The translations under genes and the position numbers were made by a program. From Chamaesiphon minutus PCC 6605 (GTDB lineage: Bacteria; Cyanobacteriota; Cyanobacteriia; Cyanobacteriales; Chamaesiphonaceae), in assembly GCF_000317145.1 (NCBI RefSeq), contig NC_019697.1, positions 5,785,889-5,817,888 on the forward strand: a DNA stretch of 32,000 bases. The letters run 5' to 3'. How positions within the stretch are numbered: the first letter of the stretch is position 1; the number at the start of each line of letters is the position of its first letter. Below the pieces are notes generated by a model. It was not told the origin of the DNA and ran no database searches. It saw only the letters and a list, made by a program, of their open reading frames with translations. Positions 1-9,562 of this stretch are shown here, piece after piece.

Positions 1-272
1 ATGCCGATATATTCACCCGCCTTGAGCGTTTGACCGATATCCACTTCGATATTGGAAGGCGAAATCATCTTCATCTGCCGCACTTGGCGATCGATAATCT
101 CTGGTGGTAAGTCAAATTCACTCACCATGCATAGAGGTATCGCTCCACCACAAGGCTTGGCGTTATCTAATTTGCGTTCAAATAAATAAGTTTCAATTCC
201 AGCTTTAGCTAACACTTCAGCGGCGCAAGAACCCGCTGGCCCAGAACCGACAACAGCAACCCGTAGTACCAC
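1..272 (-). CDS. chlP: Geranylgeranyl reductase ChlP, N-terminal part (gene runs off the window start)
   Basis: Reverse-strand translation begins V(M)VLRVAVVGSGPAGS(C)AAEVLAKAGIETYLFERKLDNAKPCGGAIPLCMVSEFDLPPEIIDRQVRKMKMISPSNIE, the ChlP N-terminus with its FAD Rossmann motif. GTG start at 272. Confidence 0.88.
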   Translation of the reverse strand, partial: MVLRVAVVGSGPAGSCAAEVLAKAGIETYLFERKLDNAKPCGGAIPLCMVSEFDLPPEIIDRQVRQMKMISPSNIEVDIGQTLKAGEYIG

Positions 273-615
273 AGCTATACTCTCTTCATGACTTGTGCTT
301 ACAATGATGGATGTTAGCACGGACTCTCAGCCCGATCGCCGCCAACCCCATCCAGTCTGTCAGAATTGAAATATTCCTTTATATAAAGACATACTCTGAC
401 AAGATAGGTAATGGTTAGATGAGTGGATGGGTAGATATGCCGATCGCCTAATCCTGTCAATCCTTAAATCCCGATGTAGGAGGCTGTTTTCGCACAATGT
501 TAGTATCGATCTTATTCGATTGGTGGTTCGAGGATGTCGCCAATTTCAGCCATAGCGAACAAAAAGCATAGGTTTAAATCCGTGCTGTAACTACCACTTA
601 CGACTCAAGTACTAA

Positions 616-1287
616 ATGACCTGTGAATTCGACCATTTATTTATTTGTACCGATCTGGGGGCTAGTGTTGCCGCTCGATTGGTCGCATTGGGATTGGTGG
701 AAGGATCGGCAAATACCCATCCAGGGCAAGGGACAGCCAATCGACGATTCTTTTTTGACAATGCCATGTTGGAATTGTTGTGGGTGGACAATGAGGCGGC
801 GGCGTATTCTCCACCAATTGCGCGGACTCGGCTGTGGGAGCGATGGCTGAACCGAACCAATGGTGCGTGCCCATTTGGTATTTGTCTGCGTCCAGTGCCA
901 AGTGAGGAGGGTTCGGTCGCATTTTCGAGTTGGGCATATCATCCACCTTATTTACCTACAACTGTGGCGATTGCGGTAGGGACAAACAGCGAGAACTTAA
1001 CCGAACCGATGCTGTTCCAAATTTCCTTCGGGCAACGTCCAGATGGCTACATAGCGCAAAAGGCACAGCCGTTGAATCATCCCCTGGGCATCCGCGAAAT
1101 TACACGAGTAGAATTAGTCACTCCCTATGCAGATCGTCTTTCCCCAGAATTACAAACACTCGTCGAGACCGATCGAATCGAGCTACGATCGGGTACGGAA
1201 TATATCATCGAGCTGGGATTTGATGGTGAAGGGAAGGGACAACAGCTAGATCTACGATCGGAATTGCCACTGATTTTGAGTTGGTAG
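616..1287 (+). CDS. VOC/glyoxalase-like domain protein
   Basis: 223-aa ORF starting FDHLFICTDLGASVAARLVALGLVEG, with FFFDNAMLELLWVDNEAEA-type glyoxalase-like pattern. Longest ORF in its region. Confidence 0.65.
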   Translation: MTCEFDHLFICTDLGASVAARLVALGLVEGSANTHPGQGTANRRFFFDNAMLELLWVDNEAAAYSPPIARTRLWERWLNRTNGACPFGICLRPVPSEEGSVAFSSWAYHPPYLPTTVAIAVGTNSENLTEPMLFQISFGQRPDGYIAQKAQPLNHPLGIREITRVELVTPYADRLSPELQTLVETDRIELRSGTEYIIELGFDGEGKGQQLDLRSELPLILSW

Positions 1288-1469
1288 TCTCAGAGCTTGT
1301 CTCAAAACAGAGTTACTAGTGAATAGTGGATAGTGGATAGTGGATAGTGGATAGTGAATAGTGATTCTAAGCTGTTTTTAGATACTGCTGCAAGGTGTAA
1401 GTAGTTAGATAATGAACGATCTGGTGGATAATTAAATCTCTGCCATCGAGCGTTTCGATAATATTTAGA

Positions 1470-2522
1470 TTGTGGAACGATAATCCGTCCGTTGATATGA
1501 AAGCCCCCCTGGAATCGACAGCTCCATTGACAGCATTAGCACCGATGCAGGATGTGACAGATGTCTGCTTTATGAATGCGATCGCTGCCTATGGCTGTCC
1601 CGACTACTTTTTTACCGAATATTTTCGGGTACATCCCGACTCTAGCGTCGATAAATATATTCTCAGATCGATTACCGAAAATACCACAGGTCGTCCGGTA
1701 TTCGCGCAGATACTTGGCGAACATATTCCCGATCTCGTCAGGATCGCGCGGTTGCTGATGCAGTACCCAATTGCTGGGATCGATCTCAATATGGGTTGTC
1801 CCGCACCGCGAGTTTATCGCAAGAATGTTGGCGGCGGACTGCTTAAAGATCCCGATAAGATCGATCGAATATTAGGCGAATTGCGCGCGGCTGTAGATGG
1901 CAAATTAACCGTCAAAATGCGGATTGGCTTTGAAGATACCAGCCAATTCGATCGAGTACTAGATTTAATCGATCGACACGATATCGACCTCCTGAGTTTG
2001 CACGGTCGGACAGTCAAACAAATGTATCATGGCAGTGTCGATTACGATCTCATCGCCCATGCGGTGAAACGATTGCGTTGTCCGGTATTTGCTAATGGGA
2101 ATGTCAGTTCGGCAGCGTCCGCAATGGCGGTGCTGTCTCAAACCCAAGCAGCAGGAGTAACGATCGGACGCGCCGCGATCCGCAATCCCTGGATTTTTAG
2201 ACAGATTCGTGAGGCGGTGGCGGGAAAGGAGATTTCGATCGTCACACTAGCTCAGGTACGAGAGTATATCGATCGATTGCATCAGATGCAACTCGATAAA
2301 TCTGTACCCGAAAAATCGCGCGTCAGCCATCTCAAAATGTATCTCAATTTCATCGGGCAAAGCGTCGATGCGGCAGGTGTCTTCCTTAGAGATATGCGGA
2401 AAGCGCAGACAGAAGCCGAACTATTCGGTGTCTGCGATCGAGAATTACTCGATCGAGCTGGTGGTATATTTGCGCCAGAACCGTATGTAGGATTAATCGC
2501 TCGTCCTAGTTGCGAAGCTTAG
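1470..2522 (+). CDS. tRNA-dihydrouridine synthase family protein
   Basis: LAPMQDVTD, GIDLNMGCPAPRVYRKNVGGGLL, VKMRIGF, LSLHGRTVKQMYHG, PVFANGNV and GRAAIRNPWIF are diagnostic Dus motifs. An internal Met (MKAPLEST) could be the true start. Confidence 0.9.
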   Translation: MWNDNPSVDMKAPLESTAPLTALAPMQDVTDVCFMNAIAAYGCPDYFFTEYFRVHPDSSVDKYILRSITENTTGRPVFAQILGEHIPDLVRIARLLMQYPIAGIDLNMGCPAPRVYRKNVGGGLLKDPDKIDRILGELRAAVDGKLTVKMRIGFEDTSQFDRVLDLIDRHDIDLLSLHGRTVKQMYHGSVDYDLIAHAVKRLRCPVFANGNVSSAASAMAVLSQTQAAGVTIGRAAIRNPWIFRQIREAVAGKEISIVTLAQVREYIDRLHQMQLDKSVPEKSRVSHLKMYLNFIGQSVDAAGVFLRDMRKAQTEAELFGVCDRELLDRAGGIFAPEPYVGLIARPSCEA

Positions 2523-2722
2523 ATTAATTGATAATTGATAATTGATTTGTTATGGTAAGCTGTCCGATATCTATTTGGTGAGACGCTATTCACGATGAAA
2601 CCGTCTATCGACACGTCTTTTCTTCGAGCGTCTACAACGCAATTTTATCGACTAAATCACATATTCAATTCTACTTCTACCTTCTGCCCTCTGCCCTCTG
2701 CCTTCTGCCTTCTATTAACTAG

Positions 2723-3358
2723 ATGAAATTAATCTTGACTGCTGTAGACGAATCATTAGCCGAAGCTTGGACTAAATTTTGCGGCGATCTGGATTTTGTG
2801 ACTGTCCATCATGGCTCGATTCTTGATGTTGATTGCGATGCGGTGGTCAGTCCAGCTAATAGTTATGGCTTCATGGATGGGGGCATCGATGGAGTGTATA
2901 TGTGGCACTTTGGCGACGATATTCAAATCCGCGTCCGTCGCCAAATTTTCGATCGTCATCATGGCGAAATTTTAGTCGGACAAGCAGACGTTGTGGCTAC
3001 TGAAAATGTCAGAATTCCTTATCTAATTTTTGCACCGACGATGCGCGTACCGATGAATCTTCAAGATACCGTCAATCCTTATTTGGCAGCGCGGGCAATT
3101 TTTTTGTTAGTCAAAGATGGTGTATTTAAATCGGGCGAATATACAGGCCAAAAAATCTCATCACGGATTGAAACGATCGCTCTACCAGGATTAGGTACCG
3201 GAGTTGGCAACGTGTGTTTCGAGACTTGCGCGCGTCAAGTGCGATCGGCGATCGATGACATTATTTTAGAAGGATATCGGATGCCAAAATCGTGGGCAGA
3301 AGCATCGGAACGACACCAACTTTTGTATACCAAAGATCCTACCAGACTTCAGTATTAA
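2723..3358 (+). CDS. Macro-domain (ADP-ribose-binding-like) protein
   Basis: VHHGSILDVDCDAVVSPANSYGFMDGGIDG and TIALPGLGTGVGNVCFETCARQV match macro-domain motifs. Confidence 0.85.
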   Translation: MKLILTAVDESLAEAWTKFCGDLDFVTVHHGSILDVDCDAVVSPANSYGFMDGGIDGVYMWHFGDDIQIRVRRQIFDRHHGEILVGQADVVATENVRIPYLIFAPTMRVPMNLQDTVNPYLAARAIFLLVKDGVFKSGEYTGQKISSRIETIALPGLGTGVGNVCFETCARQVRSAIDDIILEGYRMPKSWAEASERHQLLYTKDPTRLQY

Positions 3359-3367
3359 TCGAATCAA

Positions 3368-3517
3368 ATGAGTCATGAATTATTATTGCTCGATTATATT
3401 AAAGCTCACTGGCGACAGCATCAACCCGCACAACTCGATCGAGGCGTTTGGATCGCACTTGATGAGGAATTGACAGCAGAAACCGATGATGCCGATATAC
3501 CAGTAGTTAAAGCTTAG
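3368..3517 (+). CDS. Small hypothetical protein (49 aa)
   Basis: ATG..TAG in frame: MSHELLLLDYIKAHWRQHQPAQLDRGVWIALDEELTAETDDADIPVVKA. Lies 9 nt after the macro-domain gene, same strand. Too short for the supplied track. Confidence 0.4.
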   Translation: MSHELLLLDYIKAHWRQHQPAQLDRGVWIALDEELTAETDDADIPVVKA

Positions 3518-3754
3518 TTTATGACCGATCTTTCGATCGTTCGATGCGCTTTGATTTCATTCAAAATATTTGCCGAAAATAGACTTCGAGTTGGGGCTAT
3601 GTCTTCATCGACTGCGCAGTTGCTATAATTACGGAATTTAAGAGCGACCCTTTGTAGTTAATTAGATCGAAGTAGAGATCGCTAACACAAATATTGTGAA
3701 ATGCCGAACGACGATCGATGGTTTTTTGTTTGATTTTAACTCAAGCTCATACCA

Positions 3755-4618
3755 ATGAAAAATTTAAATTCGATCGCGATCGCGATTATAGTTATCATCT
3801 TACTTTCAGCTTGCCAAACAAATGCAGATCGAAATCGATCGACACCTACAACTTTTCTAGAATGGTGCGAACGCAAAAATGAATTCTCTGCTGACATTCA
3901 ACGAACGCTCGAATCAGTCATAATTGACGTTCGGAATAGAAATTGGTTTCGGATATCCAGTGACTGTAAAATTGTCAGCGATAAACTGGCATCACAAAAG
4001 AAACTCAGTATCGATGGTCGTAAAATCTCCGATCTCAGACCATTAGCTAGCCTCACCAATCTCACTAGTTTATCGCTCAGATTCAATGACGAACTTGCCG
4101 ATCTTCAGCCATTGTCAAGTCTGAAGAATCTTGAAGAGCTTTATTTAGATGACAATAAAATCGTCGATGTTCGGCCATTAGCCAACCTTCCTAAATTGAA
4201 GAATCTCAGCCTGACTAAGGGTGTTTATAGCAAAGAAGTTATCGATATTCGACCGCTGGCTAATCTTGTCAATCTGAGAAATTTGAATTTATACAATAAC
4301 CAAATGACCAGTCTCCAAGATCTCAGCAATCTAGTAAACTTGCAAACTCTCGGCGTGTCGGCTAGCAAAGTCTCTGACTTGACTCCATTATCAAAACTTA
4401 GAAACCTCCAAGTGCTCGTTTTACCAGGCAATAAAATTAGGGACATCACACCATTAGCCAAGCTCACCAAGCTTAAAAAAATCGATCTACTCAACAATCA
4501 AGTTACTAATATCCAGAGCCTATCCAAGCTCAAATCGCTAACTTCCCTCCGTTTATACGGAAATCCTTTAACCGATCGTCGTTGTCCGCTAGCCAAAGCG
4601 GATATGTGTGAAATTTAA
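3755..4618 (+). CDS. Leucine-rich-repeat putative lipoprotein (internalin-like LRRs)
   Basis: Lipobox-like IIVIILLSAC, then repeated LxxLtNLxxLxLxxNxIxDixPLaxL units of about 22-24 aa. Confidence 0.85.
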   Translation: MKNLNSIAIAIIVIILLSACQTNADRNRSTPTTFLEWCERKNEFSADIQRTLESVIIDVRNRNWFRISSDCKIVSDKLASQKKLSIDGRKISDLRPLASLTNLTSLSLRFNDELADLQPLSSLKNLEELYLDDNKIVDVRPLANLPKLKNLSLTKGVYSKEVIDIRPLANLVNLRNLNLYNNQMTSLQDLSNLVNLQTLGVSASKVSDLTPLSKLRNLQVLVLPGNKIRDITPLAKLTKLKKIDLLNNQVTNIQSLSKLKSLTSLRLYGNPLTDRRCPLAKADMCEI

Positions 4619-4673
4619 AAGACTTAGAGCAACTAGGTGGAATTAGAGATCGTTACCTTGTAGTTTATATAGG

Positions 4674-4714
4674 TTAAAAACAGTGTGCGAGTGCCACTCC
4701 TAAACTGTTTTTAA
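4674..4714 (+). terminator. Terminator-like hairpin downstream of the LRR gene
   Basis: Perfect 11-bp stem TTAAAAACAGT (4674-4684) / ACTGTTTTTAA (4704-4714), 19-nt loop, T-rich 3' arm. AT-rich stem, so a weak call. Confidence 0.4.
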
Positions 4715-4856
4715 TATCTATGTACAATTGTCTCATCACTTAGGGAACCCTAACAATAGAGATCGATAATAGTACCGATCGTCGCAATTCCTCCATTAAT
4801 TCACATCTCGTTGGCGCAGCCTCGACCTTGGAGAATCGGGCTGCCAGGAACTAGTC

Positions 4857-5615
4857 ATGACCAAACAAGAAGATGAACCCAGAGATCTACAACCACGGAA
4901 AATTAACCGGAATGTAGTTTACATAAGTTTAGCGATCGCTGCCTTTTTCGCACTTCCAGTTGCCATTTTCATCGCCGCTAATGGAGATATGACGGAGGAA
5001 GAAGCTAACGAACCGATCGATCTCGTGTTCTACCAAACCACCGAACAGTGCGAAGCTGACACTAAAAAGCAGCAAGATGAATATGCAGCGTCGCTCAAAA
5101 AATATCAAGCTGAAAAAGATCGACCCGGACAAATAACGCCGCCGCCCACCGCGCCGATGCTCCAGACCAAAGACTGCGCCGCCCAAATGCAAGCAGCCCA
5201 AGAAGCGCACAACAAGACTGCGCCTGTTTATGCTTCGCTTGCCGATTGCCAAGCCGAAGGCGTCAAATGCGAAACGACTCCCGCTGGCGCGCCGACTGCT
5301 GGATATCAACCCAGCTATGGCGGTACCTATATCGACCCTTACAGCTCTAATTATACTGTCATCAATACTGGTAACACTCACCATCGAGTCTACGAAACTC
5401 ATACTGTTTATCAGAGTAATACTCCCGGTCGGCTTGTCACCTCTTACGGTCGCGAGATCGCCCAAACAGCTACAGGTAGGGTCACAGCTCCCCGACACAC
5501 TAGCTTTACCGCGCCCACCCGTCCGGCTGGAGTATCTGGTGCTGGTACGATTAGAGGGCGCAGTTCTCAAGGCTTTGGTTCCTCATTCAAGAGTACGGGT
5601 AGAGGAGGCAAGTAA
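4857..5615 (+). CDS. DUF1190/YgiB-YjfM-like protein
   Basis: N-terminal TM (VVYISLAIAAFFALPVAIFIAA); FYQTTEQCEADTKKQQDEY..; DCAAQMQAAQEAHNKTAPVYASLADCQAEGVKCE.. matches the YgiB pattern (A.KTAP.Y.s..DC...G...C); Gly/Ser/Arg-rich tail. Adjacent to a YgiC-like gene, as in ygiB-ygiC. Confidence 0.7.
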   Translation: MTKQEDEPRDLQPRKINRNVVYISLAIAAFFALPVAIFIAANGDMTEEEANEPIDLVFYQTTEQCEADTKKQQDEYAASLKKYQAEKDRPGQITPPPTAPMLQTKDCAAQMQAAQEAHNKTAPVYASLADCQAEGVKCETTPAGAPTAGYQPSYGGTYIDPYSSNYTVINTGNTHHRVYETHTVYQSNTPGRLVTSYGREIAQTATGRVTAPRHTSFTAPTRPAGVSGAGTIRGRSSQGFGSSFKSTGRGGK

Positions 5616-5621
5616 ATCTAA

Positions 5622-6965
5622 ATGAGAGCGATAAAAATAGTGCGTCGTCCTAATTGGCAGCAGCATATCCAAGAGAATGCCTACCAAGTTGATGCTTTAA
5701 GCGATGTCCATCAAAAATACTGGGTTGAAGCTCTCCCCCAACCCTTCGCCATCGAATTCGATTGTCAGGAGGAAACGGCAATCGCTGAAGCCACTGAGCT
5801 TCTGTGGGCAATGTGTGTCGAATTTCTCGATTGGTTTTTTACCGAGCTAAATGCAGGTGATGTCGATCGACGCTTGACGGCACTCCAGATTCGACCGGAA
5901 TATTGGCAAGCCATTAAAAATAGCTGGGAGCGCACCGAGCCAGTCGAGGACTTATCGCTCGGCGCGCGCTTCGATCTGGCTGTCACTACCGATGGACAGA
6001 TTAAACTCCTCGAAATCAATGGCGAAACCCCGCTCCTCGGTGCGGAAACAGTCTACCAATGGAACTGGTTTGTGGACTACATGCACAACTACCAGCGGGG
6101 GAAATACCCATTGCCGAGCGATGCCAGCCAGTTTAACGAATTTTGGGAGGCGATCGCGGGTCAATGGCGGCGAATTGTCGCAGGCTACAATCTCAAACAG
6201 TATGGGATCTCCTTTCTAGTCGATGAAAATCTCGAAGAAGATTTAGAAATGGCGATGCAGTTAATTCAAATTCTGCAAGATGAAGTCGATCCGAATATTT
6301 ATACCCAAATCGTCTATCTACGCGGTCTCAAAGACGAGCGCGGCCAAGAGATCCAGCGCGGATTGGGAATCGATGATGACGGCTACTTTGTAGACCATAT
6401 CAACGATCGCATTCCCATACTCTGGAAGATGTATGATTGGTCGGATCTCCAAAATGACATGGCCAAGGTTGGTACGACTCAAGCTCTCACCGCGCGATTG
6501 GAAACAGGCGAAGTTAAGATTCTCGAACCTTTGTGGAAGCAAGTTCTGTCTAATAAAGGCGCGCTAGCGATGATGTGGGAGCGGTTTAAAGATACCGACT
6601 ATCGTCAATATCTGTTGGCAACCTATCTCGATACCGATAACTCTTATGAATCCACACAATTGCTGTTAGGAATGCACGTCAGAAAGCCCATGTTGGGGCT
6701 AGAAGGCGTTGCAGTCTCGATCGAAAGTGGATTTGGTTCCCTAGAGCAAAAAGAGTCGTTTGGCTATGGATCAGAGGGGTTTATCATCCAGGAGTATATC
6801 GAACTACCCCAAGCCTTTGGCTATTATTATGCGATTGGCAGTTGGTCGATCGATGGCGAAGCCGCAGGGATAATTATTCGGGGCGACACTTCCAAAATTA
6901 CCGGACGACACTGTTTAATTATTCCCCACATCGTCTCTGACAATGGTTTATACATTCCAGAGTGA
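5622..6965 (+). CDS. Glutathionylspermidine synthase-like ATP-grasp protein (YgiC/YjfC-like)
   Basis: LLEINGETPLLGAETVYQWNWFVDYM, ILEPLWKQVLSNKGALAMMWERF, VRKPMLGLEGVAVSIESG, GFIIQEYIELPQAFGYYYAIGSWSIDGEAAGIIIRGDTSKITG. Confidence 0.85.
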   Translation: MRAIKIVRRPNWQQHIQENAYQVDALSDVHQKYWVEALPQPFAIEFDCQEETAIAEATELLWAMCVEFLDWFFTELNAGDVDRRLTALQIRPEYWQAIKNSWERTEPVEDLSLGARFDLAVTTDGQIKLLEINGETPLLGAETVYQWNWFVDYMHNYQRGKYPLPSDASQFNEFWEAIAGQWRRIVAGYNLKQYGISFLVDENLEEDLEMAMQLIQILQDEVDPNIYTQIVYLRGLKDERGQEIQRGLGIDDDGYFVDHINDRIPILWKMYDWSDLQNDMAKVGTTQALTARLETGEVKILEPLWKQVLSNKGALAMMWERFKDTDYRQYLLATYLDTDNSYESTQLLLGMHVRKPMLGLEGVAVSIESGFGSLEQKESFGYGSEGFIIQEYIELPQAFGYYYAIGSWSIDGEAAGIIIRGDTSKITGRHCLIIPHIVSDNGLYIPE

Positions 6966-7837
6966 GTCAATATATGCTGGGAATTAAACAGATAGATCGA
7001 TCGACTAGCCTCTCTATTAAAGCATCGAGAATAAAACGAAATATTTGGGATCTAGATACCGTTCTTCCCCTCAGTTATATCCTTGCACCCCAATACATCG
7101 AACTAGCACCCTACACAGTTCATACCAATTTCTGCCATCTGCTCAGCCGCGATGTCTACTCCGAAGGCGACGCGCGATCGCTATATGACTACATCCAGTC
7201 GCGAGGTAATGAAATGTCTCCAGAATTCCTCGCCATGTTAGATTTCTGGCTGGCAGACGAACTCAAGCACTACGAAGCCTTGCGGCGAACCTATCATTGT
7301 ATTGCTGGCGTAGACTTTGCCGAAATGAATCGCCACTTTGCCGCTAGAGTCCACGAAATCGAACCGATCGAGATGGTATTAACAGATGAATTTACCATCT
7401 TGGTAACGATGATGTTCGACGAGATCGGTTCTGTCTATTCTTACCGCCGCGATCTCTGGGAATATTATCGACATTTTGGAACGGCAATTCAAAAAATCGG
7501 CCATCATTTGGTTAGAGATGAAGGAATGCACTTCAATAATGCAGCAGAGTTACTGTTAATAAAACATCCCGATCGATTAGGTGAGGTACCAGAATTACTG
7601 GAGCAGATTTCTGCTTTAGAAAAGAGTTTACGAAAGTACCATAAAACCTTTTTTTTAGATCACACACAGGAACAGTATCGATTTCCACCACATTTTAATT
7701 CGGTATTGATTCGATTTATTTTGGCACGATTGGGGTTGGGAATACAGCCAGATCGATCGGAGTTACAGGAGCTATGGCAATGGGTTCCCGCTGGATATCA
7801 GTTAGTTCCCATTTTTACAGGCGATGGCGATCGTTAA
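6962..7837 (+). CDS. Ferritin-like diiron protein (function unknown)
   Basis: GTG start overlapping the previous stop by 4 nt (GTGA). Two ExxH motifs in helical context: LADELKHYEALRR and VRDEGMHFNNAAELL, with an intervening Glu-rich helix (TMMFDEIGSVYSYRRDL). Confidence 0.6.
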   Translation: MSQYMLGIKQIDRSTSLSIKASRIKRNIWDLDTVLPLSYILAPQYIELAPYTVHTNFCHLLSRDVYSEGDARSLYDYIQSRGNEMSPEFLAMLDFWLADELKHYEALRRTYHCIAGVDFAEMNRHFAARVHEIEPIEMVLTDEFTILVTMMFDEIGSVYSYRRDLWEYYRHFGTAIQKIGHHLVRDEGMHFNNAAELLLIKHPDRLGEVPELLEQISALEKSLRKYHKTFFLDHTQEQYRFPPHFNSVLIRFILARLGLGIQPDRSELQELWQWVPAGYQLVPIFTGDGDR

Positions 7838-7839
7838 TT

Positions 7840-8019
7840 ATGACTAATTTCAAACTTAGCACTCAAACACTAGCTGTTGTAGCCAAGTTCATTACCATTG
7901 AAGAAGCTTGGATTTTTCTCACTGATTTTGAGATAAATTTATCATTTGCCACGATTTGTAGCCAAAATTTAGATATCTTTGAATTAGTTTCCTACCCGAT
8001 CGATTTTTTCCATTTTTAA
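7840..8019 (+). CDS. Possible small hypothetical protein (59 aa)
   Basis: ATG just after the diiron gene: MTNFKLSTQTLAVVAKFITIEEAWIFLTDFEINL... No recognised family. Confidence 0.2.
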   Translation: MTNFKLSTQTLAVVAKFITIEEAWIFLTDFEINLSFATICSQNLDIFELVSYPIDFFHF

Positions 8020-8329
8020 CTATTCTCTCACTTTCACAATATACACAGTTCGTTTCACTCTGGTTCCTACGATGACTCCATTGTAGTAGTCACCCTGTTC
8101 CTGTACAGTGACTATATTTGGGTTGAGCTATGATTGATATTGTCGTAATTGTAGTTAGAAAATTGAATAGCATCGAGATCCTATTTTAGTGGCTTTCGTT
8201 GGCGTAGCCTATCGGATGTAATCGAATTTTAATGCGTTCACCCTGATTTAGAGATGCCCCTTATGGGTACCCTTAGATTTACAATAAAACTAGCGTCTAC
8301 GTGTGATGAAAAATGCCAGCCGATCGAGA

Positions 8330-9562
8330 TTAACCATGAGAACGTTGTGAAGTATCGACATTAAATGCTTGTGCTAACACCGTTAACTCTTTAGCTCGAA
8401 GCACATAAGGTTCGAGTTGACTTGTTTCCCATCCGGTTAATACTTGCATGGCTTCGATCGACAATCCTCTGATTAGCATCTCTACACACCAAGTCGCTTG
8501 AGCTTGTTGGATCGTTGGTGGTTCGCCTGTGGGTGCTAATAGTTCGCTGTTGGATTGTTGCCACAGTTGGTGCAAATCTGCTTCAGTTAAGGCGTTTCCA
8601 TCTGAATTGATGAATAGAGATGGATGACTATCTTTACGGCTTCTGAGCCATTGTGTGAGGGGATTTTTGAGATACGAGCCATAGCGTTTGCCCAGAATCC
8701 ATTGATTGACAGGGACTTGACGCGCTGCACCGTGAGTTATTTGCAATAATTGGCGATCGCTACTACTGAGATGATTCGATCGAGTTAAGGAGATAATCTC
8801 GTTTGCGCTCAACCCCGCGCCAAATAATACATAAACCAGTGCGTAAGTTTGCAGACTATGTTTTTTGGCTTGCTGAAGGATTTGATGGACAATTGATTCG
8901 GGTAAATCTTGCTGAATTATCCGATTTTCGGGCACATTAGTTGCAGTTAATTGACGGCTATTTTCAGCCACTGCACCAGTGACAAATAATGCTACCACTC
9001 GATCGAGAAAATCGGATCGATCGCGCCACAAGCCATGAAATTCACTAGTTAATTCGATCGTGGCATAGCCGAACAATAATGTATGCAATAAGCTGGTTAA
9101 TTGCTCGATCGGTAGTTGCAACTCGGATTGAGATTCGCCGATATTGGTTTTTAAATACTTAGCGACGCGACGATTGGCGCGATCGAAACTGCGTCCCAAT
9201 CCTTGACGATTTTCGGTGGAATATTGCCCCGACTCACCCACGAGCGATCGAATTACAGCGGGAGTTTGTTCTAATGCTTGGAGGCAGGTAGTGGCATAGG
9301 CTCTAAGCATTTCTGCCAAACTACTCGCTGGCGGCAATTCGGTTGTCAAACTTTGTCCCAATTGCGCGAACACATCGGCATCTTCAATTACGGCGAGCAA
9401 TAGCCCATGTTTATTCCCAAATTGGCGAAATAAGGTGACTTCATTCACCTGTGCTAGTTCGGCAATCTGCTTAGTAGTCGTCTCATTTACCCCCTGGCTG
9501 GCAAATAATTCGATCGCTGCCTGGATAATTTTTTGACGGGTCAGATTGCGGGAAGATGGCAT
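8330..9562 (-). CDS. TetR-type regulator with C-terminal degenerate tyrosine-recombinase-like domain
   Basis: N-term TetR HTH: TRQKIIQAAIELFASQGVNETTTKQIAELAQVNEVTLFRQFGNKHGLL. C-term (about aa 220-390) resembles the XerC/D catalytic domain: YALVYVLFGAGLSANEIISLTRSNH...SLFINSDGNALTEADLHQLWQQ...ATWCVEMLIRGLSIEAMQVLTGWETSQLEPY. Confidence 0.8.
   Translation of the reverse strand: MPSSRNLTRQKIIQAAIELFASQGVNETTTKQIAELAQVNEVTLFRQFGNKHGLLLAVIEDADVFAQLGQSLTTELPPASSLAEMLRAYATTCLQALEQTPAVIRSLVGESGQYSTENRQGLGRSFDRANRRVAKYLKTNIGESQSELQLPIEQLTSLLHTLLFGYATIELTSEFHGLWRDRSDFLDRVVALFVTGAVAENSRQLTATNVPENRIIQQDLPESIVHQILQQAKKHSLQTYALVYVLFGAGLSANEIISLTRSNHLSSSDRQLLQITHGAARQVPVNQWILGKRYGSYLKNPLTQWLRSRKDSHPSLFINSDGNALTEADLHQLWQQSNSELLAPTGEPPTIQQAQATWCVEMLIRGLSIEAMQVLTGWETSQLEPYVLRAKELTVLAQAFNVDTSQRSHG

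Noticed and set aside
1329-1361. (GTGGATA)n run as a feature of interest
   Set aside because: Short degenerate heptamer repeat of the same general class as the others; nothing distinctive beyond being another intergenic simple repeat.
4631-4643. 13-nt AACTAGGTGGAAT shared with 15186-15198
   Set aside because: Several exact 13-mer pairs are expected by chance in 32 kb; no extended similarity.
4929-5570. 213-aa minus-strand ORF
   Set aside because: Antisense to the DUF1190-like gene, low-complexity composition, no recognisable motif.
7774-7839. 5' extension of the 7774..8019 ORF
   Set aside because: Overlaps the end of the diiron-protein gene in another frame; the ATG at 7840 is the only sensible start if the ORF is real.
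8087-8114. Inverted repeat TAGTCAC/GTGACTA
   Set aside because: Only 7-bp stem with 14-nt loop and no U-tract; expected by chance at this window size.
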